NCBI GenBank assembly: GCA_963717505.1
Contig: OY970342.1
Coordinates: 1,024,001-1,088,000, forward strand
Direction of reading: 5' to 3'
DNA from: Candidatus Eiseniibacteriota bacterium
GTDB lineage: Bacteria > Eisenbacteria > RBG-16-71-46
Length of the DNA: 64,000 nucleotides
This document shows positions 37,538 to 46,911 of the stretch, piece by piece. The notes beneath the pieces are model-generated. The model did not search any database, had not been told where the DNA came from, and saw only the letters and a list, made by a program, of their open reading frames with translations. The stretch's first letter is position 1, and each line of letters starts with the position of its first letter. The position numbers and the translations under genes are program-made.

Positions 37538-40417
37538 CTACACCCTTTGCTCGGCTTCGACGGAGCGCATGTGTGCGGTGTTCACCCAATGCACGCGGTC
37601 GCGATAGAGGTCGGCGTCCATCGCCGCGAGCGACTCGAACCGACGGCGATGACAGGTCACCAGGATCACCTGGTGCTCGCGCGAGACCTGCTCGAGCAGG
37701 AGCTTCATGCCGGCGCGCGCGCGATCGTCGTCGCTGGTGATGAAGCAGTCGTCGATCAGCAAGGGCAGCCGCTCCTCGCGCGACAGGTACTCGCTGATCG
37801 CCAGGCGCACCGCGAGGTGGACCTGGTCGCGAGCGCCGCTCGATAGCTGTCGCACGGCTTTCCCGCGCGACGATGCTTTGCCGCGCTTCGGGGTCACGGC
37901 GAAATCGAGGTCCTCGCCGAATCGCACGACGTCGACCCCGGTGCCGACCCGCTTGAGCATCTCGCCGACCCGCTCGTTCAGGAAATCCGCCCAGCGGCGA
38001 TGGGTCTCGTGTGCGACCTGAGTGATGGTTTCGCGGGCCAGGTCCACGGCCTGCTTGAAGCGACGGGCGCGAACCAGCGCGCGCTCCCAAGCCTCGCGCT
38101 CCACGACTTTTTCGGGGTGGAGGTGCTGGTAGCGGCGCCGCCCCTCGTCGACCCGATGCTGCAGCTCCGTGCGTTCGTCGCGAACCTGTTCGAGCAGGGC
38201 TCGGGCATCGCGCGCGGCGATCTCGAGTTCGGCGAGGGTGCGCGCGCGATCGGTGGGAATCGGAGGTGCAGGGCCCATCTGCATGCGGAACGCCGCGATC
38301 GACTGCTCGAGCAACTGAACCATCTCGTCGTTCATCAGCTCGCGCTCCAGGCGCGGGATCAGCTCCTGGGTCAGCGCCGCGTGGCGCCGGGCGCCCTGGG
38401 TGCGGCGGGCGACCTCGGGAGCCAGATCGGTCCACGGCGCGCCCTCGGCGCGCTCCAAACCGGCGGCGGCGAGAATCGATCCGGCCACGGCAGCGTGCTC
38501 GGCTCGCTGCGCGAGCAGCGGTTCGAGATCGACGCGCACCCGGCCGCGCTGCTCGTCGAAGTCGGCGCGTTTCTGGAGTTTTGCCGTCTGCACGCGGATG
38601 CCGGCGGCCACGCGATCGAGGAAGCCCGGGTCCGGAGGGTTCCCGGTTTCGGCGAGGATCTGATTGCGGCTCGACACCACCTGTTCGTACATGCCTTCGA
38701 GCAGCGCCACCGGTTCGCGCTCGCGCTCGAACCGCTGGTATTCGGAGAACACGCGGACCATCTCGCGCGTGTCGGGAATGCCGACGGTCGCCCGCAGCGC
38801 CGCCAGTTCGGTGTCCTGGTCCGCGCGGCGCGCCTGCAGCTCGGCGAGCCGTTCGTCGGCGCCCGAGATCGCCTCCAGGGCCGCCAGAGACTCCTCGCGC
38901 CGGTGACGCGCGGCGGCCAGGACCTGCGCCAGGCCCGCGAAGCCGACGATCGCCGCACCGGCCGCGATCGCGCCGCCCGGCACCGCGAACAGCGGTCGCA
39001 TCATCTGGAACGCCGCGACCACGGCGGCCGCGGCACCGATGCCGATGCCGACCCAGCCCGGTGTCGCCCGCGCGCGGCGCTCGCGCCGAATCAAATCCAT
39101 CGCCTCGACGCCCATGTCGCGGGACGCCTCGGCGTCGGCGGTCAGGGCCTCGAGTTCGAGCGAAATCTCGGGCTGGAGCTCGAGCATGCGAATCTGGTCG
39201 GGCCCGAGACCGCCGAACCACCCGGTCAGCTTCTCGATCGTCGGTGCATCGAACCCGCGCGACATCAGCTCGGCCCGCGCGCTCTCCAGCGCCCTCGAGA
39301 CCTGCTCGTGCTCCGAGTTCAGGCGGCGCAAGTCGGCGGCAGCGGCCACGAAGCGATCCGCGTCCGACTCCTGGAACTTCGCGAACATCGCGAGTCCGGC
39401 GAGCTCCTGATCGATTCGGGCCACGGCCTCGTCGAGCTGATGGAACACGTCCTCCAGGCGCTCCGCATGTCGGCCGACCTCTTCGAGCCGACCGGCGGCT
39501 TCCTGGTATCGGGCGTCCGCGTCGTGCGGCAGCGCGGCGTGGGCCGAGATCTGCGATCGCTCGGCCTGGAGCCGCGCCAGCTCTTCGGCCCGCGCCCGAT
39601 GTTCGTCGAGCTTGATCTGGGCCTCGTTGCACAACACCGCGCGGCGCTCGCTCTCGACTCCGCGCTCCAGGGCATGGGCCTCACGCTCCTGATCTTCGAG
39701 TGACGTGAGTCGCTCGATCGACGCGGACAGCACGGTGTGATCGTGTTCGAGCGCGTGGATCTCGGTGTCGATCTCGAGTCGTTTGGCGTCGAGTCGCTGG
39801 ATCGCGGTCTCGACCTTGATCGTGGCGTCGAGCAGCGGCTCGTGGTAGTGGACCGCGGCCTCGTCGAGCACGCGCAGCGCTTCGGCGGCGCTCGAGTTGC
39901 CGGCGCGCGTGTCGGCCGCGCGCTCGAGCCGGATCTGGAGCGGATTCACGCGCCGTTCCTTCTCGTCGAACGGAATGACTTCGGCCAGGTCCTCCTGGCG
40001 AACGAACGCGCACTTCTCGAACTCCTCGAGATCGAGGCCGAGCAGGTGCTTGCCGACCGGATACTCGTCCTTGCCTTCGAGGAATCGCGGCGTGATCTCC
40101 TGCCCCGAGCCGTCGAACACCGCCACCGTCTGGGCGGCGAAGTCCCGCTGCACGACGAAGCGCTCGCCACCGCACTCGAACTCCAGCTCGACCGCGAACG
40201 GTCCGCCATCCCAAGGGCGCCAGCGCTCGGAGGGCGTGACCTGGCGGTGCGCGCGGCGGTCGTCGGACAGGCCGTAGAGCCCGGCGGCCACCGCGGCCAG
40301 CAGCGTGGACTTGCCGCGCTCGTTGTCGTCGACCACCAGGGTCACCCGTCCGGGGTCGAAGCGGTGCTCGCCGCGCAGGCTGCCGAATCCGGCGACCGTC
40401 AGTCGCAGGAGCTTCAC
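37538..40417 (-). CDS. YhaN/SbcC-like SMC-type ATPase with internal hydrophobic hairpin
   Basis: GTGA overlap; VAGFG, Walker A NERGKST, long coiled coils, LSSGARDQ signature, LLIDD Walker B, LVTCH. Confidence 0.9.
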   Translation of the reverse strand: MKLLRLTVAGFGSLRGEHRFDPGRVTLVVDDNERGKSTLLAAVAAGLYGLSDDRRAHRQVTPSERWRPWDGGPFAVELEFECGGERFVVQRDFAAQTVAVFDGSGQEITPRFLEGKDEYPVGKHLLGLDLEEFEKCAFVRQEDLAEVIPFDEKERRVNPLQIRLERAADTRAGNSSAAEALRVLDEAAVHYHEPLLDATIKVETAIQRLDAKRLEIDTEIHALEHDHTVLSASIERLTSLEDQEREAHALERGVESERRAVLCNEAQIKLDEHRARAEELARLQAERSQISAHAALPHDADARYQEAAGRLEEVGRHAERLEDVFHQLDEAVARIDQELAGLAMFAKFQESDADRFVAAAADLRRLNSEHEQVSRALESARAELMSRGFDAPTIEKLTGWFGGLGPDQIRMLELQPEISLELEALTADAEASRDMGVEAMDLIRRERRARATPGWVGIGIGAAAAVVAAFQMMRPLFAVPGGAIAAGAAIVGFAGLAQVLAAARHRREESLAALEAISGADERLAELQARRADQDTELAALRATVGIPDTREMVRVFSEYQRFEREREPVALLEGMYEQVVSSRNQILAETGNPPDPGFLDRVAAGIRVQTAKLQKRADFDEQRGRVRVDLEPLLAQRAEHAAVAGSILAAAGLERAEGAPWTDLAPEVARRTQGARRHAALTQELIPRLERELMNDEMVQLLEQSIAAFRMQMGPAPPIPTDRARTLAELEIAARDARALLEQVRDERTELQHRVDEGRRRYQHLHPEKVVEREAWERALVRARRFKQAVDLARETITQVAHETHRRWADFLNERVGEMLKRVGTGVDVVRFGEDLDFAVTPKRGKASSRGKAVRQLSSGARDQVHLAVRLAISEYLSREERLPLLIDDCFITSDDDRARAGMKLLLEQVSREHQVILVTCHRRRFESLAAMDADLYRDRVHWVNTAHMRSVEAEQRV

Positions 40418-41616
40418 GACTCGAGCTCCTCGTAGACCGGCGCGACGTCGTTCAGCCGGAACGCGTCGAGTCCGTAGTAGAGCGCGCGCTCGACCATGGC
40501 GCGCACCTCGGAATCCTGCTCCCGCTCGATCCGCTCGAGCAGGAGGCGCGCGAAGCGTCCTTCGGTGGTCTCGTCGCTGGCCGCGCGCAGGGCCTCGAAG
40601 TCGTAGTCCGGGCGGAGCGCGCTCAGATCGAAGCGCAGGTGCCACACCCGGTCCTCGAGCGCAGGCCCGGCTCCGGTGTAGCGAACGCCGTGGCCCAGCC
40701 GGCCGCGCAGGGCGACCTTGACCAGATCCGCCGGGGCGACTCCGCCGGCATCGAGGGCTTCGAGAATCCGACGCTCGACGTCCTCGGCGCTGGCCGCGCG
40801 CGCGACGTCGACCTCGACGTGATGCGTGCGGCGCGGATCGAGCACGACCGGCGTGAAGTGGGCGCGCGCCGGCCCGGTCCCGAATTCAATCGACACCTCG
40901 AGCGCACCGTGAGCACCGGACTCGCCGATGTCGAGCCCGACGGCCGAGCCCGCGTAGGCGTAGTGCTCGTGGGTGTGCCCTCGGTGGTAGTGCCCGATCG
41001 CCAGGTAGGCGAACGGGGCGATGCGCACTTCCTCCTCGCTGAACGGGCCGATCACCTTTTGCCCGGGCGGACAACGAGTCTCGAGCGAGCCGTGGAACAC
41101 GCCGACGTGCAGCTCGGTCGGTGCCAGCACGCCGACCGAACTCCGGGCATCGGCGTCGAGCGGACGTGTGGTCGACGCCATGCCCGGCGTGAAGCAGCGA
41201 CCCCACACGCGTACCGGCTGGCCCGGGACCGGACGCGAGGTCCAGCGTGGCTCGGTGAAGATCTGCACGTGCTCCGGCCATGACCAGCCTCGCGACCCGA
41301 GCACGCGCGCACTCCACGCCGGGCTGGTTTCGGACCAGGGATCGTGATTGCCGGGGGCGATGAACACCGGGGGGCAGCCCGCGATTCGAAACGCGTCGAG
41401 CACCGAGGTCAAAGTTTCCGGGGCGGGCTCGGCACGGTCGAACAGGTCGCCGGGAATCAGGATCGCGTGCACACCGCGCGTGATCGCGTGCTCGATCGCC
41501 TTGCGCAGGATGGCAATCTGTTCCCGCCGCCGAAGCTCGGCGCGGTCCTTCGGCAGCCACCCAAAGCGGGCACCGAGATGCAGATCGGAAAGTTGCAGGA
41601 ATTGCACCGTCGCCAA
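40414..41616 (-). CDS. YhaO/SbcD/Mre11-like metallophosphoesterase
   Basis: SDLHLG, PGDLFD, PGNHD, FHGS, YLAIGHYH, YAGS; TTG start behind GAGG. Confidence 0.92.
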   Translation of the reverse strand: MATVQFLQLSDLHLGARFGWLPKDRAELRRREQIAILRKAIEHAITRGVHAILIPGDLFDRAEPAPETLTSVLDAFRIAGCPPVFIAPGNHDPWSETSPAWSARVLGSRGWSWPEHVQIFTEPRWTSRPVPGQPVRVWGRCFTPGMASTTRPLDADARSSVGVLAPTELHVGVFHGSLETRCPPGQKVIGPFSEEEVRIAPFAYLAIGHYHRGHTHEHYAYAGSAVGLDIGESGAHGALEVSIEFGTGPARAHFTPVVLDPRRTHHVEVDVARAASAEDVERRILEALDAGGVAPADLVKVALRGRLGHGVRYTGAGPALEDRVWHLRFDLSALRPDYDFEALRAASDETTEGRFARLLLERIEREQDSEVRAMVERALYYGLDAFRLNDVAPVYEELES

Positions 41617-41816
41617 ATCGATCCTCGCTCTGGCTGGATGGGGTGCGGGTGTTGCCGTTTCGGGCCGGGCCCGGCAGCGGCAAAGAAGGGAGCCCCTCCC
41701 TCCTTCGTTCGGCGCCCGTCACGGCGGACATCGTGTCCGTGCCGGAAGTTATCGTCATGAGCATCCAGACTCAAGAGTTCGGACTTTTGACCGCATTCCG
41801 ACCCCGGGTGGGGGCT

Positions 41817-41845
41817 TTGCCCCTCCCCGGCCGACTCCTTATGAT
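41817..41845 (+). promoter_or_regulatory. Sigma70-type promoter (near-leaderless transcript)
   Basis: TTGCCC-N17-TATGAT, 10 nt before ATG 41856. Confidence 0.6.
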
Positions 41846-41855
41846 CCCGAAGTCC

Positions 41856-42605
41856 ATGAGCTTCTCCCCGGTCGCCCTGCCCGCAACCCCGGTGGCTGCA
41901 TTCGAGCGGCGACTCCGGTGGCCGGCGCTCCCGGCGCTGATGTTCCTGGGACTCATGATCGTGCTCGCGGTGGTCGGAATCTCGGCGTCGCGGTCGCGAC
42001 CGGAGCCGATCACCGGTCTGCCCGACGATGCCGGGCTGCTCGCCGCCCGGGTCGTCGTTCACGATCGCGTTCTGCCCCCGCTCGGAACCCTCAGGCTGCG
42101 CTCGTCCCTGCTCGGCGTCGGCGGCGTGCCGCGGGTCTTCGCGCCCGTGGTGGCCGAGAACGCGCTCCGCGCGCAGACCCTGGTCACTGGAGCGCAACAC
42201 CGTCATGCGCGAGATCCGCGCGTCTCGGCGGCGCTGGGGTCGCTGGCACTGGTCCTGGGTCGTCACCGGGCCGCCGAAGCTGCGTACCGGGCGGCGCTCG
42301 ATCGCAACGGAAGTTATGGCGAAGCGCGTCTCGGCCTCGGCGTGGCGCTGGCGCGACGCGCGTGGCTGGCTCCCGCCCCACTCAAGCCGCGCTCGCTCGA
42401 GCTGGCTGCACTCGCCCAGTTCATGGCCGTGCCCGACGCTGATCCCTGTCGATTGGAAGCGCTCTACAATCGCGCCGTGCTCCTGCGCCGGGTCGGACGC
42501 AACGACGAGGCGCGGCGCGCGGCGCGCAGGTACCTCGCCGAGGACGGCTCGAGTGCATGGGCCGAGCGGCTGCGCGGCGAGATGGCGTTGATCGCCTCGA
42601 ACTAG
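41856..42605 (+). CDS. Membrane-anchored TPR-like protein
   Basis: One TM helix; AEAAYRAAL...EARLGLGVAL and EALYNRAVLL...GRNDEA TPR-like repeats. Start uncertain (41757, 41841 or 41856). Confidence 0.72.
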   Translation: MSFSPVALPATPVAAFERRLRWPALPALMFLGLMIVLAVVGISASRSRPEPITGLPDDAGLLAARVVVHDRVLPPLGTLRLRSSLLGVGGVPRVFAPVVAENALRAQTLVTGAQHRHARDPRVSAALGSLALVLGRHRAAEAAYRAALDRNGSYGEARLGLGVALARRAWLAPAPLKPRSLELAALAQFMAVPDADPCRLEALYNRAVLLRRVGRNDEARRAARRYLAEDGSSAWAERLRGEMALIASN

Positions 42606-42645
42606 GATCGCGGGCGCGAACGGCGCCAGCGGCGCCCCCCGAAAC

Positions 42646-43485
42646 CTACTTCGCCGCCAAACCCCGCTGGACCATCGCCGCGATCGAGGTCGCCAGTGTG
42701 TCGGGCTTGGTCTTGAGCACCTGCAGCCACGAGTCCTCGAGCCGCAGCGTGTCGGGCGGCGGGATCCGGTCGAAGCCACGATCCTTCGCCAGCAGGGACC
42801 AGGGCTTGTCCTCGGGCCATTGCCGGCCGGTGCCGACGTAGAGAATCGGGCGTTTGTATTTGTCGAGCGCGGTCGACACGTCGAGTCCCAGCAGCACGCT
42901 GAAGTAGGGCTTCATGGTGGCCGGCGGCACCTGCATGACGCCGGCCAGCACCTCGGCGCTCTCGGCCGAGTCGCGACCCGCCATGCCGTACGTCATCTTG
43001 ATGAACTGGTCGTAGTTCGCGTCGATCCATTCGAAGAACTGCTTGCGCTGTTGGTCGGGAATCTGCTGGGACGTGCGCAGCGGCGTGTCGATCAGCACCA
43101 GGGCGCGCGCCCGCTCCGGATGCGCGCCCGCAGCGACCGAAGCCAGGAGCCCGCCGACGCCACGCCCGACCACGATCGTGCTGTCCTTGGGCTGGCGCGC
43201 GAACACGGCGTCGAGTGCTGCGGCCGCGGCTTCGATCGAGAACGGGTCGGGCATTTCGGCGCCGCCATGGCCCGGGAGGTCGACCAGCACCACGCGGTGG
43301 CGTGCGACCAGACGGCGCGCGACCGGCATCCAGGAGCTGCGGGCGGCGCCGACGTCGGTGACGAACACGATGGTCGGTCCGGTTCCGATCTCGGTGGTCT
43401 TGAGCGCCACGGGTTCCCCGGCGGCGAACACCACCGTGACCCCGGCGAGAACCGCAACCAGAACCGCAAGACGTTGGAGTCGCAT
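42646..43485 (-). CDS. Exported alpha/beta-hydrolase-fold protein with degenerate active site
   Basis: Signal peptide; GTGPTIVFV, VDLPGHG, LVLID; the nucleophile elbow reads GRGVGG instead of GHSxGG. Confidence 0.82.
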   Translation of the reverse strand: MRLQRLAVLVAVLAGVTVVFAAGEPVALKTTEIGTGPTIVFVTDVGAARSSWMPVARRLVARHRVVLVDLPGHGGAEMPDPFSIEAAAAALDAVFARQPKDSTIVVGRGVGGLLASVAAGAHPERARALVLIDTPLRTSQQIPDQQRKQFFEWIDANYDQFIKMTYGMAGRDSAESAEVLAGVMQVPPATMKPYFSVLLGLDVSTALDKYKRPILYVGTGRQWPEDKPWSLLAKDRGFDRIPPPDTLRLEDSWLQVLKTKPDTLATSIAAMVQRGLAAK

Positions 43486-43640
43486 CGGCGGACACGCTAG
43501 CACGGAACGCCCGCGGGCGCCGCGTCCGGCGGGGAATGGTCGCGCAGGCCCCGCGTCCCGCGCGGCGTGCGTGTACAATCGGCCGCTCGCGCCGGCGGAC
43601 CTCGCCCCGACGCGCCGGAGGATCCGATCTCGTGGATCGC

Positions 43641-44879
43641 ATGACCGTCGAGCTCTCGGCGCTGACCTTCCAGTTCGTGGTCACCGCCCTGCTAGCGTTC
43701 GTCTACCTGGCATTGTGGCGGCAGCGGCGCCGCGGATTCGACGGCACCTGGGCCCTGGCGTGGGCGTTCTATTCGACGCGCCTGCTCTTCATCTCGGCGT
43801 TCATCGTGACCCGAGACCAGGTCTGGTTGTTCCTGCACCAGGTCGCGACCGGCGTCTCCGCGCTGCTGCTGCTCTACGCGGCCCTGCGATTCCTGAACGA
43901 CATCCACTGGGGTCGGGCGCGACTGGCCTGGATCGTCGCCGGGATCGTCGTCGGGTCCTACCTCATCATTTACGGGATCAGCGCGGTCGCGGGAGGCGTG
44001 GTGTCCGCGGCGCTGTTGTCCGCGGTCACCCTCGCGACCGCGGTCGTGTTCTGGCGCCATCGCGCGCGCCAGAGGTCGGCGGCATCGACTCTGCTCGCGG
44101 TCACGTTCACGCTTTGGGGGCTTCACCACCTCGACTATCCGCTGCTGCGGATGTTCGGCACCGCGGTGCTGTTCGGGGTCGCCGCTGACGTGCTGTTCAT
44201 TGCGACGACCGCGATCGGCGCCTTGTTCCTGGTGCTCGACCACGACCGGCGCACTCTGGAGTCGCGCAGCGCCCAGCTCGAACAGCTCACCCGGCTGCTG
44301 CTCACCGCGCAGGAGGACGAGCGGCGGCGGATCGCCCGCGAGCTCCACGACGAGGCGGGCCAGATCCTGACGGCGGTCAAGATCGACCTCGACCTCTCGG
44401 GTCAGCGCGCCTCGAGCGAGCTGGTCGGGCGCGCGCTGTCGCAGGTGCGCGACTTGAGTAATTTGCTGCGGCCGACGGTGCTCGACGATCTCGGGCTCTT
44501 GCCGGCGGTGCGCGCCCTGGTGGAGGATTTCGGCATGCGCACGCGCATCCAGGTCGAAATGCAGGTCGCCGGCGACGTGCCGTCGATGACCCCCGAGCAG
44601 AAGGTCGCCATCTACCGCATCGTCCAGGAGGGTCTGACCAACGTCGGCCGGCATTCCGGCGCGAGCCGCGTCGTGGTCGCGGTCGACCCGAGTCCGGAAC
44701 GTGTGCGCCTGACCATCTCGGACAATGGCCGGGGGCCGGGCATCGAGCTGACGCCCAATCTCGGGCTGCTCGGCATGCGCGAGCGGATTTCGGCGCTCGG
44801 CGGCTCCCTCCTGATCGGTGCGGCGGAAGATCGCGGCTTCCAGGTCGCGGTCGAGATCCCGACCGGCCCACGGCCATGA
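43641..44879 (+). CDS. Sensor histidine kinase (HisKA_3) with about 7 TM helices
   Basis: ERRRIARELHDEAGQ, LRPTVLDDLGL, YRIVQEGLTNV, DNGRG, GLLGMRER. Confidence 0.95.
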   Translation: MTVELSALTFQFVVTALLAFVYLALWRQRRRGFDGTWALAWAFYSTRLLFISAFIVTRDQVWLFLHQVATGVSALLLLYAALRFLNDIHWGRARLAWIVAGIVVGSYLIIYGISAVAGGVVSAALLSAVTLATAVVFWRHRARQRSAASTLLAVTFTLWGLHHLDYPLLRMFGTAVLFGVAADVLFIATTAIGALFLVLDHDRRTLESRSAQLEQLTRLLLTAQEDERRRIARELHDEAGQILTAVKIDLDLSGQRASSELVGRALSQVRDLSNLLRPTVLDDLGLLPAVRALVEDFGMRTRIQVEMQVAGDVPSMTPEQKVAIYRIVQEGLTNVGRHSGASRVVVAVDPSPERVRLTISDNGRGPGIELTPNLGLLGMRERISALGGSLLIGAAEDRGFQVAVEIPTGPRP

Positions 44880-45535
44880 GTGCCTCGCGCCCGATCCGCG
44901 TCCTGCTCGCCGACGATCACACGTTGGTCCGCGCGGGATTGCGCAAGATCCTCGAAGGCGCGGCCGGCGTCGAGGTGATCGGCGAGGTTCCGAACGGCGA
45001 GGCAGCGCTACGCGTTCTGGGCGAGACCGAGGTCGACGTGCTGGTGCTCGACCTGACCATGCCCGGGATCGATGGTTTCGAGGTGCTGCGGCGGGTCGAG
45101 TCGCGCCACCCGGCCACGCGCGTTCTGGTGCTGACCATGCACGCCGACGCCGAACACGCGTTCCGCGCGATCCGCGACGGCGCCGAAGGTTATCTGGTCA
45201 AGGACTCGGCGGCCGACGATCTCCTCGCCGGCATCCAGTCGGTCATGGCCGGCCGCGCGTACTACAGCGAGCCGGTGCAGCGCGCGCTGTCGGCGGTGGT
45301 GCGCACCGGGCAACTCGAGCCGCGGGCGGCCGACCTGCTCACCGGGCGCGAAGTCGAAGTGCTCCGGCTGGTGGCGAAGGGACTCTCGACCAAGGAAATC
45401 GCCTCGCGCCTGGACATCAGCGCCCGCACCGTCGAGACCCACCGCGCGAATCTGATGCGCAAGCTGAATCTCAAGTCCGTGGCACTCCTGACGCAGCTCG
45501 CGCTGCGCGAGGGGCTGATCGACGAGGCGCCATGA
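44876..45535 (+). CDS. NarL/LuxR-family response regulator
   Basis: LADDH, VLDLTMPG, LTMH, GYLVK; LTGREVEVL...TVETHRANLMRKL; ATGA overlap with the kinase. Confidence 0.95.
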   Translation: MSASRPIRVLLADDHTLVRAGLRKILEGAAGVEVIGEVPNGEAALRVLGETEVDVLVLDLTMPGIDGFEVLRRVESRHPATRVLVLTMHADAEHAFRAIRDGAEGYLVKDSAADDLLAGIQSVMAGRAYYSEPVQRALSAVVRTGQLEPRAADLLTGREVEVLRLVAKGLSTKEIASRLDISARTVETHRANLMRKLNLKSVALLTQLALREGLIDEAP

Positions 45536-46653
45536 GCGCGCCCGAGGGCGACGACCTCCGCATCGATGGCTCGATCGTCGTCTATCGACTGCACGACATC
45601 GGCGACGAGGTCGACCTCGAACGGGCCACGAGCTGCCTTGCGCCCCACGAGCCGGAACGCAAGCGGCCTTCCCGCGCCGAGGCACAGGCCCTGGTCATCG
45701 CCAGCCCGCCGGTCGGCGCTTCCCTCGGAGTCGCGCCGCTGACCCTGGGCGAGTTCACGCTCGATGCCGCGATCACCGCCCGGGTGTTCGACTTCGCGGT
45801 CGTGTCGTTGCGCTTGGAGTTCCGGATGCCTCCGGGCATGCTCTGGCAGGAGTTCCTCGCCTTCGCCCGCGGCATCGACCTGGTGCGGACCGCCTCGCCG
45901 GTGCTCGATCTGGCGCTCGATCGACTGCTCGATCGCTTGAAGCCTGCGATCGACCGCCCGCACCTGGCCACGGTGACCGAGGACTACATCGTCTATCGCA
46001 TCGAAGCGCTGCGCGACGGCGACGGCAAGTCGGTCCCCGCCTCGCGGCTCCACGACGAAGACCTGGCGCCACTGCTGCTTGGCGAGAAGAAACCGCTCGC
46101 GGCTTCCGCGCTGCGCGAGCTGTTGCCGAATCGATTCTCGTACTACCCCGACGACCTCGCGATCCTCGGCTGGTACGGATCGCTGGTGGTCGAGCCGGAT
46201 CGCGACGACACCGACGTGCAATACGTGCTCGAGTTCGCGAACGCCCAGCTGCTGGAGCTCCGCGTCTACGACCAGGTGCTCGATCGCGAGCTGCCCAAAG
46301 TCCACGCGCGGATCGCGGCGTCGCGGACCGGCGCGGTCCTGCTCGGACGCCGGTTTGCGCCGCTGCTCGGCGAGCTGCAGAGCCTGGTGGCCGAGACCAC
46401 CGAGACCGTCGAGCGCGCCGAGAACGCCTTCAAAGTGACCGACGACGTCTACCTTGCACGCATCTATTCGGCGGCGCTCGAGATCTTTCGCGGCCGCGCC
46501 TGGCGCGCCGGCATCGACCGCAAGCTCGGTATCCTGCGCGACACCTACACGATGCTCTCCGACGAGTCCCGGGCCGCGCGCTCCGAGGTGCTCGAACTGG
46601 CGATCGTGATTCTGATCGTCGTCGAGATCGTCCTCGGCCTGCTCCGCCACTGA
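45532..46653 (+). CDS. Hypothetical membrane protein, RMD1/DUF155-like C-terminus
   Basis: ATGA overlap; EFANAQLLELR.YD, DVYLARIY, W...IDRKL, LELAIVILIVVEI terminal helix. Confidence 0.78.
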   Translation: MSAPEGDDLRIDGSIVVYRLHDIGDEVDLERATSCLAPHEPERKRPSRAEAQALVIASPPVGASLGVAPLTLGEFTLDAAITARVFDFAVVSLRLEFRMPPGMLWQEFLAFARGIDLVRTASPVLDLALDRLLDRLKPAIDRPHLATVTEDYIVYRIEALRDGDGKSVPASRLHDEDLAPLLLGEKKPLAASALRELLPNRFSYYPDDLAILGWYGSLVVEPDRDDTDVQYVLEFANAQLLELRVYDQVLDRELPKVHARIAASRTGAVLLGRRFAPLLGELQSLVAETTETVERAENAFKVTDDVYLARIYSAALEIFRGRAWRAGIDRKLGILRDTYTMLSDESRAARSEVLELAIVILIVVEIVLGLLRH

Positions 46654-46793
46654 CCACCCGCGCGCACGCCCGGAGCGGCTGAACTGCACGACGCCGGAAG
46701 TGGGTGACTGGCCAACGTCGTGTCCTGCAGCGCGCCCTGCGCTAGCTCGATTCCTGCATCGTTCCCGCCCCCATTCGACGCGGCTCGCAACGC

Positions 46794-46809
46794 TCCGTAG
46801 TGCTACGGA
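46794..46809. promoter_or_regulatory. Perfect 7-2-7 inverted repeat, candidate operator
   Basis: TCCGTAG-TG-CTACGGA about 100 nt upstream of the TonB receptor start. Confidence 0.55.
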
Positions 46810-46911
46810 AGCCGGCCTCCGCAATCAACACAATAGTTTCCCGAGGGGGTCACGCCCTATGTTCCGCAGTGTCCTTCATCCCGAGTCGGTGGGTTCGCGG
46901 AGAAGACGGTC

